From an uncultured Holophagales bacterium (lineage in GTDB: Bacteria; Acidobacteriota; Thermoanaerobaculia; UBA5066), in contig CAZLQX010000004.1 of NCBI GenBank assembly GCA_964561935.1, positions 157,414 through 221,413 on the forward strand: a stretch of 64,000 nucleotides of DNA, written 5' to 3'. Of the stretch, positions 35,019 through 43,650 are shown piece after piece (positions within the stretch are counted from its first letter, which is position 1; every line of letters starts with the position of its first letter). Below the pieces are notes generated by a model that saw nothing but the letters and a program-made list of their open reading frames with translations, made no database searches and had not been told where the DNA came from. A program made the position numbers and the translations under genes.

Positions 35019-37409
35019 TCACCTCTCCACCTGGAACGGCGACGCGGTGAGGACGAGGTAGACCGCCGCCTGGACGCGCCGGAGCTTCCCGCCCAGGACG
35101 TCCGACGGCGGGACGGGGTCGGTCGGGGCGATCGCGTTGAGCGCCTGGACCACCTCGGCGCGCATCGCCGGGGTCATCGCTCCGCGGAGGAGCCTCCGGC
35201 CGAGCTCGTCGACGAGGGGTCCCGGGTCGGGCGCGGCGGTGCTCCCTGCGAGGGGGACGAGGGCGGCGAGGTCGAGCGAGACCCCGTTCGTGTTCGAGCC
35301 CGGGTTCGCCGGGTCGGTGTTCGGGCGGAGGCAGGGGCGCGTCGCGACGGGGCAGCCCGAGAGGTTGTAGACGAGCGTGTTGACGAGGTTCGCACGGCCG
35401 AGCGCCGTCGTCGCCGTGAGGATGCCGAACTCCGGGCCGAGGAGGCCTCCCGTCCCGGGCGCCTGGTAGTCGGGCGGGAAGTAGGAGAAGACGGACGGCG
35501 GCCGGAGCGGGTTCTGTCCGAGCGGGCTGACCCGGTTCGCGAGGTAGCCGTCGGCGTTCGCCGTTCCGTCGGCCGAGCGGGCCCCGAGGGCCCGGAGCGA
35601 GGCGACGAGCCAGAGCGCGGGCTCGCGCAGGCGGCCGAACGAGGGGGGAGCGGCGGCGCCCGCGCGCGCCTCGGGGTCGAGGAGGACGGCCCGGATCACG
35701 GCCTTCATGTCGCCGCGGATGCCGGCCCCGTTGTCACCGAAGGCCGCCGTCACGCGGGCCACGTAGGCCGGGCTCGGGTTCGAGGTGACGAGCATCTGGA
35801 TGAGCTGCGTCCCGATGAAGGGCCCGACGTTCGGGTCCGAGAAGACGTTGTCGAGCGCGGCCTCGAGGTCTTCCGTCCCGCTCCGTCCCGCGGGGAGCGT
35901 CACGCCGCGGAGGAGGAGCTTCTCGGTCGTGTCGTGGTTCCCCGCGGTGAGCCGCATCGGGTCGACGTAGTTCGGGATGCCGTCCCCGAACTGCGGCGCG
36001 TAGCTCCAGCCGGTCAGCGCCTTCGCGAAGCCGTCGACGACGGCCTGGTCGTACGTCGGCACCGGGCCGTTCGCGTCGGTCTGCGGCGTGCCGTCGGGGT
36101 TCAGGCGGATCGTGCCGATCGAGAAGAGCTGGAGGAGCTCGCGGGGGTAGTTCTCGTTCGGGCGCGTCCGCGTGCTCGTCGCCATGTCGAGGTAGCGGCC
36201 CATCGCGGCGTTCCGCGTGATCTCGCCGAGGAGGACCCGGAAGTTGCCGAACGCGTTCCGCTGAAGGACGCGCAGGTACGGCGTCAGCCGGCTCGGCATC
36301 GGGATGTCGTTCCCGGAGACGACGAAGATCTTGTGGAGGGCCCACGCGACCTTTTGCCGGAGCGGGTCGCCGCCGTAGAGGGCGTTCGTGAAGAAGCGGT
36401 TCTGGAGCGGATAGAGCGTGTATTTGTCGCGGTAGCAGGCCGTGCCGCTCGTGCAGCCGGAGGGGGCCGTGCCGGGCTCGGGCGGAAGGACGGGGTATCC
36501 CGTCTCGGGGGCGCGGAACTGCTCCTCGATCCACTCGGAGAGCCCCTTCGAGCGGACGCTTTCCGCCTCGCCCGGCGCCGCGCCGAAGGACGCCTGGTCG
36601 AGGAGCCGCGAGGCGTCGGAGACGGTCGGCACGACGCGGACGACGCGCTCGTCGAAGCCGACGCGGTCCGAGTCGCTCACGCTCAGGCGGAGGACGTAGG
36701 TGCCGGCCGCGGCGAACGCGACGTCCGTCGCCGGCGATCCCGGCGCGGAGAAGACGGCTCCCGCCGGACCGGACATCACGTTCCACTGCGCGGAGTAGGT
36801 CGCGCCCGCCGGCGAGCCGTCGTCGGTGAAGCTCCCGGAGAGCGGAAGGACGTTCGAGGGCATCTCGAGCGTCGCGTCGGGTCCCGCCGAGACGACGGGG
36901 GGCTTGTTCCCGGCCGGGTCCTCGAAATAGCCGACGACGTCGAGAAGGACGTCGACCGAGGATCCGAGCGGCCCGCCGTAGTACGCGGAGACCTCGCCGG
37001 AGATGCCCGTCGGCGCGATGACGTTGTTCGCGCGGGTCCGGAGCGCCGGGAAGTTGATCGACGAGGCGTTCGGGACGGGCTCCCCGGCCGGGAAGAGGAG
37101 GACCGTCCCGGCCGCGGTCGGGTTCACGACCGTCAGGTTCAGCGCGAGGGCCCGCGCGCTCGTCGGGACGTTGCAGACGCTTCCGAGCGAGAAGACCCGC
37201 TCCTCGCCTCCGGCGAGAGCCGGGCCGCCGCGCGGCCCCGGCGCGTTGCGGGTGTCGACCGCGCGGCAGGGAGCGACCGTGTAGAAGCGGGAGGTCGTCG
37301 GCGCGACGAGGGCGGGCGCCGGAGTGTCTCCGGCGAGCACGCTCCCGTAGCCGAGGAGGGCCGCTGCGAATACACCTTCAGCCGTACGCCGGATCTTCCT
37401 GGGTTTCAT
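35019..37409 (-). CDS. DUF1800 domain protein with an N-terminal extension (unknown beta domain plus an Ig/PKD-like domain).
   Basis: Signal peptide MKPRKIRRTAEGVFAAALLGYGSVLAG. DUF1800 core ...NENYPRELLQLFSIGT...LTGW. Ends 5 nt upstream of the DUF1501 gene. Confidence 0.88.
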   Translation of the reverse strand: MKPRKIRRTAEGVFAAALLGYGSVLAGDTPAPALVAPTTSRFYTVAPCRAVDTRNAPGPRGGPALAGGEERVFSLGSVCNVPTSARALALNLTVVNPTAAGTVLLFPAGEPVPNASSINFPALRTRANNVIAPTGISGEVSAYYGGPLGSSVDVLLDVVGYFEDPAGNKPPVVSAGPDATLEMPSNVLPLSGSFTDDGSPAGATYSAQWNVMSGPAGAVFSAPGSPATDVAFAAAGTYVLRLSVSDSDRVGFDERVVRVVPTVSDASRLLDQASFGAAPGEAESVRSKGLSEWIEEQFRAPETGYPVLPPEPGTAPSGCTSGTACYRDKYTLYPLQNRFFTNALYGGDPLRQKVAWALHKIFVVSGNDIPMPSRLTPYLRVLQRNAFGNFRVLLGEITRNAAMGRYLDMATSTRTRPNENYPRELLQLFSIGTIRLNPDGTPQTDANGPVPTYDQAVVDGFAKALTGWSYAPQFGDGIPNYVDPMRLTAGNHDTTEKLLLRGVTLPAGRSGTEDLEAALDNVFSDPNVGPFIGTQLIQMLVTSNPSPAYVARVTAAFGDNGAGIRGDMKAVIRAVLLDPEARAGAAAPPSFGRLREPALWLVASLRALGARSADGTANADGYLANRVSPLGQNPLRPPSVFSYFPPDYQAPGTGGLLGPEFGILTATTALGRANLVNTLVYNLSGCPVATRPCLRPNTDPANPGSNTNGVSLDLAALVPLAGSTAAPDPGPLVDELGRRLLRGAMTPAMRAEVVQALNAIAPTDPVPPSDVLGGKLRRVQAAVYLVLTASPFQVER

Positions 37410-37605
37410 GCTGCCTCCGTACCCTCGACGGGAACTGTCCGCACGCCGAGGGCCGTCGGCTCGCCCGTCGAGCCTAGCACGGAAGGGAGGCCCGTCTGTC
37501 AAGTGCGTGCGTCGGGCCGACGTAAGGGGCCGGGGCCGGCGCCGTCCCGGTGGCCCGACCGGCAGGGGGTGCCGCGGCTCCCGGTCGTCGTGAGCCACGA
37601 AGGGA

Positions 37606-37638
37606 GCGGGCCCGTCCGCCGGAGGCGGACGGGCCCGC
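37606..37638. terminator. Stem-loop downstream of SLH paralog A.
   Basis: gcgggcccgtccgcc-gga-ggcggacgggcccgc, a 15-bp perfect stem. Near-identical core to the hairpin at 39096..39124. Confidence 0.45.
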
Positions 37639-37671
37639 TCGTGACCCGATCAGGACGGCTCGGGGCCGGCC

Positions 37672-38484
37672 CTAGTACTGGTAGTGGAGCCCGAGCGCCT
37701 TCGCGAAGAAGACCGCCATCTCGGCACGCGTCACGTTGTTGTTCGGGCAGAACATCCCGCCGCCGCATCCCGAGGTGATGCCGGAGGCCGCCATCGCCTC
37801 GATGTGCTGGAACGCAAAGGCCCCGACCGGCACGTCACTGAACGTCGCGGAAGCGGGAGCGGGAGAGACCTGGAGCGTGTAGTAGACGTAGACCCTGTAG
37901 ATCTTGGTCAGGCTGGTGCCGCTGCGCGGCAGGATCGCGAGGTAGACGTACGTGTTGCCGGATCCCGGCGCGTTGTTGACGACCTCGTTGAACGGACCGA
38001 ACTCCTCCATCGTCGCTCCGGCGGCGGTCCCGGCCGGAGACCCGGCGGCGATGAGCGTGTTGCCGCCCGAGGAGCTCGTCTTGTAGAGGCCGCCGCTGAT
38101 GCTCAGGCTGGCGTTGTTGCCGTAGTAGTAGACGCGCATGTACTGCATGACGGCGCCCGACGGGAGGTGGATCGGGAAACCGACGAGCGCCGACGTGTCC
38201 GTCGCGGCGAGGATCTCGTTGCAGTTGAGGTTCTCGACCGCGCCGCCGGTTCGCACGAATGCGTCGCACGGTCCGGCGCCGTACCCGCCCCACCCGGAGG
38301 TTCCGTAGACGGCGGGGGTCTCGCCGACCGGCTTCGTCCCCTCGTCCGTCGTCGGGTTCGCGGCGGCGTACTCCGCGTCGACCAGCATGCCGTTCCACGG
38401 CACCTGCTGCGCGAGCGCCGAGGCCGAAAGCCCGACGCTCAGGAGGAGCGCGGAGGCGAGAGTGAGAGTTCGGTGCTTCGTCAT
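37672..38484 (-). CDS. Secreted surface protein paralog A. Novel ~190-aa N-terminal domain with a C-terminal SLH-like domain.
   Basis: RBS GGAGG then ATG. Signal peptide MTKHRTLTLASALLLSVGLSASALAQQ. C-terminal FSDVPVGAFAFQHIEAMAASGITSGCGGGMFCPNNNVTRAEMAVFFAKALGL matches the SLH consensus (FxDV...I..L...G...G.......P...ITRAE.A..L...L). Confidence 0.78.
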   Translation of the reverse strand: MTKHRTLTLASALLLSVGLSASALAQQVPWNGMLVDAEYAAANPTTDEGTKPVGETPAVYGTSGWGGYGAGPCDAFVRTGGAVENLNCNEILAATDTSALVGFPIHLPSGAVMQYMRVYYYGNNASLSISGGLYKTSSSGGNTLIAAGSPAGTAAGATMEEFGPFNEVVNNAPGSGNTYVYLAILPRSGTSLTKIYRVYVYYTLQVSPAPASATFSDVPVGAFAFQHIEAMAASGITSGCGGGMFCPNNNVTRAEMAVFFAKALGLHYQY

Positions 38485-38736
38485 GGTCCATTCCTCCATT
38501 TCGCCTGCCGCTCGTCACGTTCGTGGCGCGCGGGGCGGACATTGCCGGCCCGCGAGGGGACGCGTCTCGATTCGCCCGTTCGGCTGCGTACCGTCAGAAG
38601 CTGTGGCGAGCCGGATCGGCCGTCAAGCGAGCATCAGCGTGAACACGGGCGAAGTGCTCTCCGCGTGATCAGTGTCACCGCGAGGCCTTGACCCCGCGCA
38701 CACTTCCGATCCGGGGCCAGTTCGGACGCGGGACTC

Positions 38737-39087
38737 ATGGCCGCGGCCCTCCTCTCCCGGGCCGAGGTCGTCGCGCGGCACCCGGAGGCGCAGGAGGGGA
38801 ACTCCTGCGCCTCTCGCACACCGCCGCCGCCTGGCTCTGGAAGGCTCGCCTCGCTCGAGGCCCTTCGCCGCGCCGAGGGGCTCGGGGCGATGGAGGAGTG
38901 CCAGGTCGTCCGCCCGGCTCAGGGGCTCCTCCTGACGAACCCCTCGCGCTTCCCCGTCGCGGAAGTCGCCTCCGACGCCGGAGCGCCCGCGGCGTTCGAG
39001 ATTCTGACGCCGGGCGTCCGCGGAGCCGTCGCGCTCCCGGCTCCGGACGGCGGCCTCGACCTGCGCGTCTTCCACCCGGGCGCGTGA
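38737..39087 (+). pseudogene. Truncated, internally deleted relic of the HXXXD acyltransferase gene. It matches the C-terminal third of the intact gene at 40226..41428.
   Basis: The translation aligns to the intact copy in two blocks (LSRAEVVARHPEAQEGN...AAAWLWK then LEALRRAEGLGAMEECQVVRPAQGLLLTNPSRFPVAEVASDAGAPAAFEILTPGVRGAVALPAPDGGLDLRVF). The intervening ~90 codons are missing, and there is no N-terminal catalytic half. Confidence 0.6.
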
Positions 39088-39095
39088 GGGCCGAA

Positions 39096-39124
39096 GGGCC
39101 CGTCCGCTCTCGGCGGACGGGCCC
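39096..39124. terminator. Stem-loop between the acyltransferase relic and SLH paralog B.
   Basis: gggcccgtccgc-tctcg-gcggacgggccc, a 12-bp perfect stem. Confidence 0.45.
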
Positions 39125-39161
39125 TCGGGGCGGCCGGCGAAATCCCCGGGCCGCGCTGTGG

Positions 39162-39974
39162 CTAGTACGGGAAGTGGAGCCCGAGCGCCTTCGCGAAGAA
39201 GACCGCCATCTCGGCCCGGGTCACGTTGTTGTTCGGGCAGAACATCCCGCTGCCGCAGCCCGACGTGATGCCTGAGGCCGCGAGCGCCTCGATGTGCTGG
39301 AACGCGAAAGCCCCGACCGGCACGTCGCTGAACGTCGCGGAGGCGGGCGCAGGGGAGACCTGGAGGGTGTAGTAGACGTAGACCTTGTAGATCTTGGTCA
39401 GGCTGGTGCCGCTGCGCGGAAGGATCGCGAGGAAGCTGTACGTGTTCCCCGTTCCCGGCGCGTTGTCGACGACTTCGTTGAACGGACCGAACTCCTGCCA
39501 CGTCGCTCCGGCGGCGGTCGGTACCGGGGTCGCGTCGGCAATGAGCGTAAACGTGCCGCTAGAGGCCGTCTTGAACAGGCCAGCGCTGATCTGCAGGCCG
39601 GCATCGTTGCCGTAGTAGTAGACGCGCAGGTACTGCATGACGGCGCCGGACGGAACGTGGATCTGGAAGCCCACGTTGAGCGAGGCGTCGGTCGCCGGGC
39701 GAAGCTCGAAACAGCCGCCGTCCGCGGCAGCGCCGCCGGCCCGAACGAACGCGTCGCACGGGCCGGCGGCGTAGCCGCCCCAGCCGGACGTCCCGTAAAC
39801 GTCCGGGGCTTCGCCGGCCGGCTTCGTCCCCGTGCTCGTCGTCGGGTGCGCGGCGGCGTACGCCGCGTCGACCCAGAGGCCGCTCCACGGCACCTGCTGC
39901 GCGAGCGACGGGGCCGACAGCCCGATGCTCAGGACGAGCGCGGATGCGGTTGCGAGAAGGCAGTTCTTCGTCAT
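39162..39974 (-). CDS. Secreted surface protein paralog B. Same architecture as paralog A.
   Basis: Signal peptide MTKNCLLATASALVLSIGLSAPSLAQQ. The C-terminal SLH-like 60 aa are nearly identical to paralog A, while the central region has diverged. Confidence 0.78.
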   Translation of the reverse strand: MTKNCLLATASALVLSIGLSAPSLAQQVPWSGLWVDAAYAAAHPTTSTGTKPAGEAPDVYGTSGWGGYAAGPCDAFVRAGGAAADGGCFELRPATDASLNVGFQIHVPSGAVMQYLRVYYYGNDAGLQISAGLFKTASSGTFTLIADATPVPTAAGATWQEFGPFNEVVDNAPGTGNTYSFLAILPRSGTSLTKIYKVYVYYTLQVSPAPASATFSDVPVGAFAFQHIEALAASGITSGCGSGMFCPNNNVTRAEMAVFFAKALGLHFPY

Positions 39975-40225
39975 GGTCCCTCCAGCTCTCTTGCCTCTGG
40001 CGACGATCGTCGAGCGCATGGCGGAGACTCCACGTCCCTCGGAGCGATGCGTCTTCGATTCGTCCCTTCAGCTTCGTGCCCGCACGATGTTCGAGCCGGC
40101 CGGCTGGGCCGTCAAGGAAACGTGGGCGCGACAGCGAGCCGAGGTGGTCTTCGCGTGACCGGCGCCAGGGCGAGCTGACGATTCCGCGAGCGCTTCTCAT
40201 CCGGACGGGGCTGCGCCGGGCCTCG

Positions 40226-41428
40226 ATGGACGCGGACTTCGTCCTCTCGCGCGCGATGATCCGCGGCATGTCTCTCGTCCCGCTCTCCCCGATCGACCAC
40301 GTCTTCACCGGCCGCGGCGCCTACCCGATCGAGTTCGTCTTCGCGTACGAAGGGGCGAGCGACGCGCGGCGTCTCGAGGAAAGCCTGACGAAGGCGATCG
40401 AGGCTTTTCCGCCGGTCGGGAGCCGCTTCGCCCGCGTCGACGACGTCTCTCTCGCGTTCGAGCCCTACGACGGCGGGTGCGTCTTCTCGACGGCCGTCTC
40501 GCCGACGGAGTGGTCGGCGACGGAGCGGAAGGACGTCTTCCTCGACCCGGTGAGCGGGAAGGAAGGGGAGCCCCTCGGGCGGGCCCTCCTCACGCGGACG
40601 CCCTCCGGCTGCGTCCTCGGCTTCAGCCTCTCGCACGCCGTCGCCGACGGCTACTCCTACTTCCACTTCCTGACGAGCTGGGCGCGGATCTTCCGCGGCG
40701 AGCCGATCCTCCCGCCGACGCACGACCGCGCCGCGCTCGCCGCCGGCCTCGAAGGGGCGACGGAGGGGGATGCGGCCGACGCCGCCGGACTCTTCCGCGC
40801 GGGGCCGCGCCCCGAGGTCGACCGCGCGCACCTGAAGATCCACCGCCTCGTCCTCTCGCGGGCCGAGCTCGTCGCGCGGCACGCCGAGGCGCAGGAGGGG
40901 AACCCCCTGCGTCTCTCGCACAACGACACCGCCGCCGCCTGGCTCTGGAAGACGCGACTCGCGGAGTGGTCCGGCGACGACCCGTCGCTCGAGACGTACG
41001 TCAGCTGCCCGGTCGACTTCCGGCGGCTTCTCCCGTCGGCAGGCCCGGCCTACTTCGGCAACGCGGTCGCCCTCGCGAAGGCCTCGATCCCGAAGGGGGC
41101 CCTCGCCGCGGCCCCGCTCGGCGAGCTCGCGACGCGCGTTCGCCGGGCCGTCGACGCGGTCGACGCGGAGGCCGCGAACCGCTCGCTCGCCGCGCTCGAG
41201 GCCCTCCGCCGCTCCGAGGGGCTCGCGGCGATGGAGGAGTGCCACGTCGTCCATCCGACTCAGGGGCTCCTCCTGACGAACCTCTCGCGGCTCCCCGTCG
41301 CGGAGGTCGCGTTCGACGCCGGAGCGCCCGTCGCGTTCGAGATCCTGACGCCCGGCGTCCGCGGCGCCGTCGCGCTCCCCGCTCCCGACGGCGGCCTCGA
41401 CCTGCGCGTCTTCCTCCCGTCGGCGTGA
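40226..41428 (+). CDS. HXXXD-type (BAHD/condensation-like, transferase family) acyltransferase.
   Basis: Catalytic HAVADGYSYFHF (HxxxDG) motif. C-terminal region with a DFGxG-like FGNAV. About 400 aa. Alternative starts at 40258 and 40269. Confidence 0.75.
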   Translation: MDADFVLSRAMIRGMSLVPLSPIDHVFTGRGAYPIEFVFAYEGASDARRLEESLTKAIEAFPPVGSRFARVDDVSLAFEPYDGGCVFSTAVSPTEWSATERKDVFLDPVSGKEGEPLGRALLTRTPSGCVLGFSLSHAVADGYSYFHFLTSWARIFRGEPILPPTHDRAALAAGLEGATEGDAADAAGLFRAGPRPEVDRAHLKIHRLVLSRAELVARHAEAQEGNPLRLSHNDTAAAWLWKTRLAEWSGDDPSLETYVSCPVDFRRLLPSAGPAYFGNAVALAKASIPKGALAAAPLGELATRVRRAVDAVDAEAANRSLAALEALRRSEGLAAMEECHVVHPTQGLLLTNLSRLPVAEVAFDAGAPVAFEILTPGVRGAVALPAPDGGLDLRVFLPSA

Positions 41429-42294
41429 GCCACAATCGCGTCGTGATCCACAGCCGCTTCATCGTCGAGAGCCGCCTCGGCGAGCCGATCCACGGCGACC
41501 TCCGCCTCCCCGACGGCTCCGGACCGCACCCCGTCGTCGTCTCCTGCCACGGCTTCAAGGGCTTCAAGGACTGGGGCTTCCACCCCTGGCTCGGCGAGCG
41601 GCTCGCGCAAGCGGGGCTCGCGGCGGTCCATTTCAACTTCTCCCGCAACGGCGTCCGGGCGGCGGACGGCGACATCGAGGACCTCGACGCCTTCCGGCGG
41701 AACACGCTCTCGATCGAGCGCGACGACCTCGACACGGTCCTGGACGCGGTCCTGTCGGGAGCGATCGACCCTTCGCTCGACGGGGCGCGGCTCGGCCTCT
41801 TCGGGCACAGCCGCGGCGGCGGCATCGCACTCCTCGGCGCGTCGGAGCGTCCCGAGGCGAAGGCGCTCGTCACCTGGGCCGCGGTCTCGCGCTTCGACCG
41901 GATCGCCGACGAGGCGACCCTCGCCGAGTGGCGTCGGACGGGCGTCTACAAAGTCGTCAACTCGCGAACGGGGCAGAAGCTCCCGATGGGGGTCGCGTTC
42001 CTCGACGACGTCCTCGCGAACCACGCCCGCCTCGACCTCTCCGCGGCGGCCCGGCGCCTCGCCGTTCCGTGGCTCCTCGTCCACGGGACGGCCGACCCGA
42101 CGGTCTCGTTCGACGAGGCGGATGAGCTTCACGCGGCGGCGGCGGGGCGCGCCCGGCTCCTCCCGCTCGACGGGGCGGGGCACACTTTCGGCGCGGTCCA
42201 CCCGTTCGCCGGGCCGACGCCGCACCTCGCGGCGGCCGCCGAGGCGACCCTCGCCCACCTCCGCTCGGCGCTCGCAGGGGCCCCGCCGGCCTGA
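41425..42294 (+). CDS. Alpha/beta hydrolase (dienelactone hydrolase/esterase-like).
   Basis: HPVVVSCHGFKGFKD, nucleophile elbow GHSRGGG, and LVHGTADPTV with catalytic Asp/His. GTG start overlaps the acyltransferase stop. Confidence 0.78.
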   Translation: MSHNRVVIHSRFIVESRLGEPIHGDLRLPDGSGPHPVVVSCHGFKGFKDWGFHPWLGERLAQAGLAAVHFNFSRNGVRAADGDIEDLDAFRRNTLSIERDDLDTVLDAVLSGAIDPSLDGARLGLFGHSRGGGIALLGASERPEAKALVTWAAVSRFDRIADEATLAEWRRTGVYKVVNSRTGQKLPMGVAFLDDVLANHARLDLSAAARRLAVPWLLVHGTADPTVSFDEADELHAAAAGRARLLPLDGAGHTFGAVHPFAGPTPHLAAAAEATLAHLRSALAGAPPA

Positions 42295-42302
42295 CCGACG
42301 CG

Positions 42303-43631
42303 ATGCTCGACGGGCCCTCGAACCGTCCCCGGAGGAGCGCCGCCGTCGCGGCGGTCTATCTCCTCGCCCTCGTCTGGATCCTCGGGAAGGCGGCTCTCTT
42401 CCGCGAGCGCGTCCCGCCGGGGGTCCCGCCCGACGAGCCGGTCCACGTCTCCTACGTCGCCTGGCTGGAGGAGACGGGAGCTTGTCTCCCGCGCTACGAG
42501 GAGATGCACCTCCTCGAGGCGGACGGGCGCTTCGGAGCGCAGCCGTCGTATCTCGCCCATCCGCCCGCCTACTACCACCTCCTCCGCGGCCTCGCGCGCG
42601 TCACGGGAGGGGTCCCCGCCGGGACGCTCGAGAGGGCGACGCGCCGCCTGCGCGCCCTCTCGGCCCCGCTCTTCGCGGCGGCGGCCGCGCTCTTCCTGTG
42701 GCTCGGCTTCCGGCGCGCGGCGCCGATCCCGGCGCATGCCCTCTACGCGGCGACGATCGCGACCGTGCCGCCGCTCGCTTTCGTCGGCTCCGCCGTGAAC
42801 AACGACGTCCTCGCCTTCCTCGCCGGCGGCCTCGCGCTCCTCGGCCTCGCTCGCCTCCTCGAGGGGCGCGCCGGCGCGACGACCGGAGCGCTCGTCGGGT
42901 CGGGCCTCGCCCTCGCGCTCCTTTCGAAGGCGACGGCCGGCCTCCTCGCCCTCCTCGCCGTGGCGGCGGCGCTCGCCTTCGCGCGCCGAGCCGTCCGCTG
43001 GGAGCGGGACGCTCCATTCCTCCTCGCCCTCGCGCCCTGGCTCCTCCTCCCGGCGCTCCACTACGTCCCGATCCTCCTCCGCTACGGCACGCCCGTGCCG
43101 TCGCTCGAGGTCGTCGACCCGGAGGCGTTCGCTCGCTCCGTCTTCGCCGTCGCACCGGATGCCTCGCGTCTCGGCCTCGTTCCCTGGGCGCTGAAGCTCC
43201 TCGAGGTCTTCGGCTCGACGTGGCTCTCGCTCATCGCGCACGTCTGGCTCCCGGTCGGCTCGCTCCCGACGCTCGCCGGGCCGGCTCTCGCCGCGCTCCT
43301 CGCGGCGCTCGGCCTCCTGCGCGGGAGGCGCGCGGACGGCTCCGACGACGCCCCGCTCGACGACCTCGTCCGGGCCGGCGCCGTCGCCCTCGCGGCGACG
43401 CTCCTCGTGAACCTCGCCTGGGCCCGGGACGGCTACGTCGCCACGGGGCGCCTCGGCGGACTCCACGCGCGTTACTACCTGCCGCTCCTCCCGGTCCTCG
43501 CCCTCGCAGCAGGGCGCGGGCTCGAGCGCGTTCCCGTACGCGCCCTCCTCGCTGCGGCGGTCGTCCTCCTCCTCGTCCTCTACGACGCGGGGGTGACGGC
43601 GCGCTACCTCGCGCTCTTCCCGGCGCCCTGA
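42303..43631 (+). CDS. GT-C membrane glycosyltransferase (GT39/GT83, ArnT/PMT-like).
   Basis: About 11 TM helices. Periplasmic loop PPDEPVHVSYVAW carrying the DE motif typical of the ArnT/PMT family. Confidence 0.75.
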   Translation: MLDGPSNRPRRSAAVAAVYLLALVWILGKAALFRERVPPGVPPDEPVHVSYVAWLEETGACLPRYEEMHLLEADGRFGAQPSYLAHPPAYYHLLRGLARVTGGVPAGTLERATRRLRALSAPLFAAAAALFLWLGFRRAAPIPAHALYAATIATVPPLAFVGSAVNNDVLAFLAGGLALLGLARLLEGRAGATTGALVGSGLALALLSKATAGLLALLAVAAALAFARRAVRWERDAPFLLALAPWLLLPALHYVPILLRYGTPVPSLEVVDPEAFARSVFAVAPDASRLGLVPWALKLLEVFGSTWLSLIAHVWLPVGSLPTLAGPALAALLAALGLLRGRRADGSDDAPLDDLVRAGAVALAATLLVNLAWARDGYVATGRLGGLHARYYLPLLPVLALAAGRGLERVPVRALLAAAVVLLLVLYDAGVTARYLALFPAP

Positions 43632-43650
43632 CGCTCCCGGGCGGGAGTCG

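Noticed and set aside
38500-38736. Possible additional small gene between SLH paralog A and the acyltransferase relic.
   Set aside because: The ORFs here (38387..38668 plus strand and 38623..39501 minus strand) have no coding signal. The region corresponds to the diverged duplicated promoter segment.
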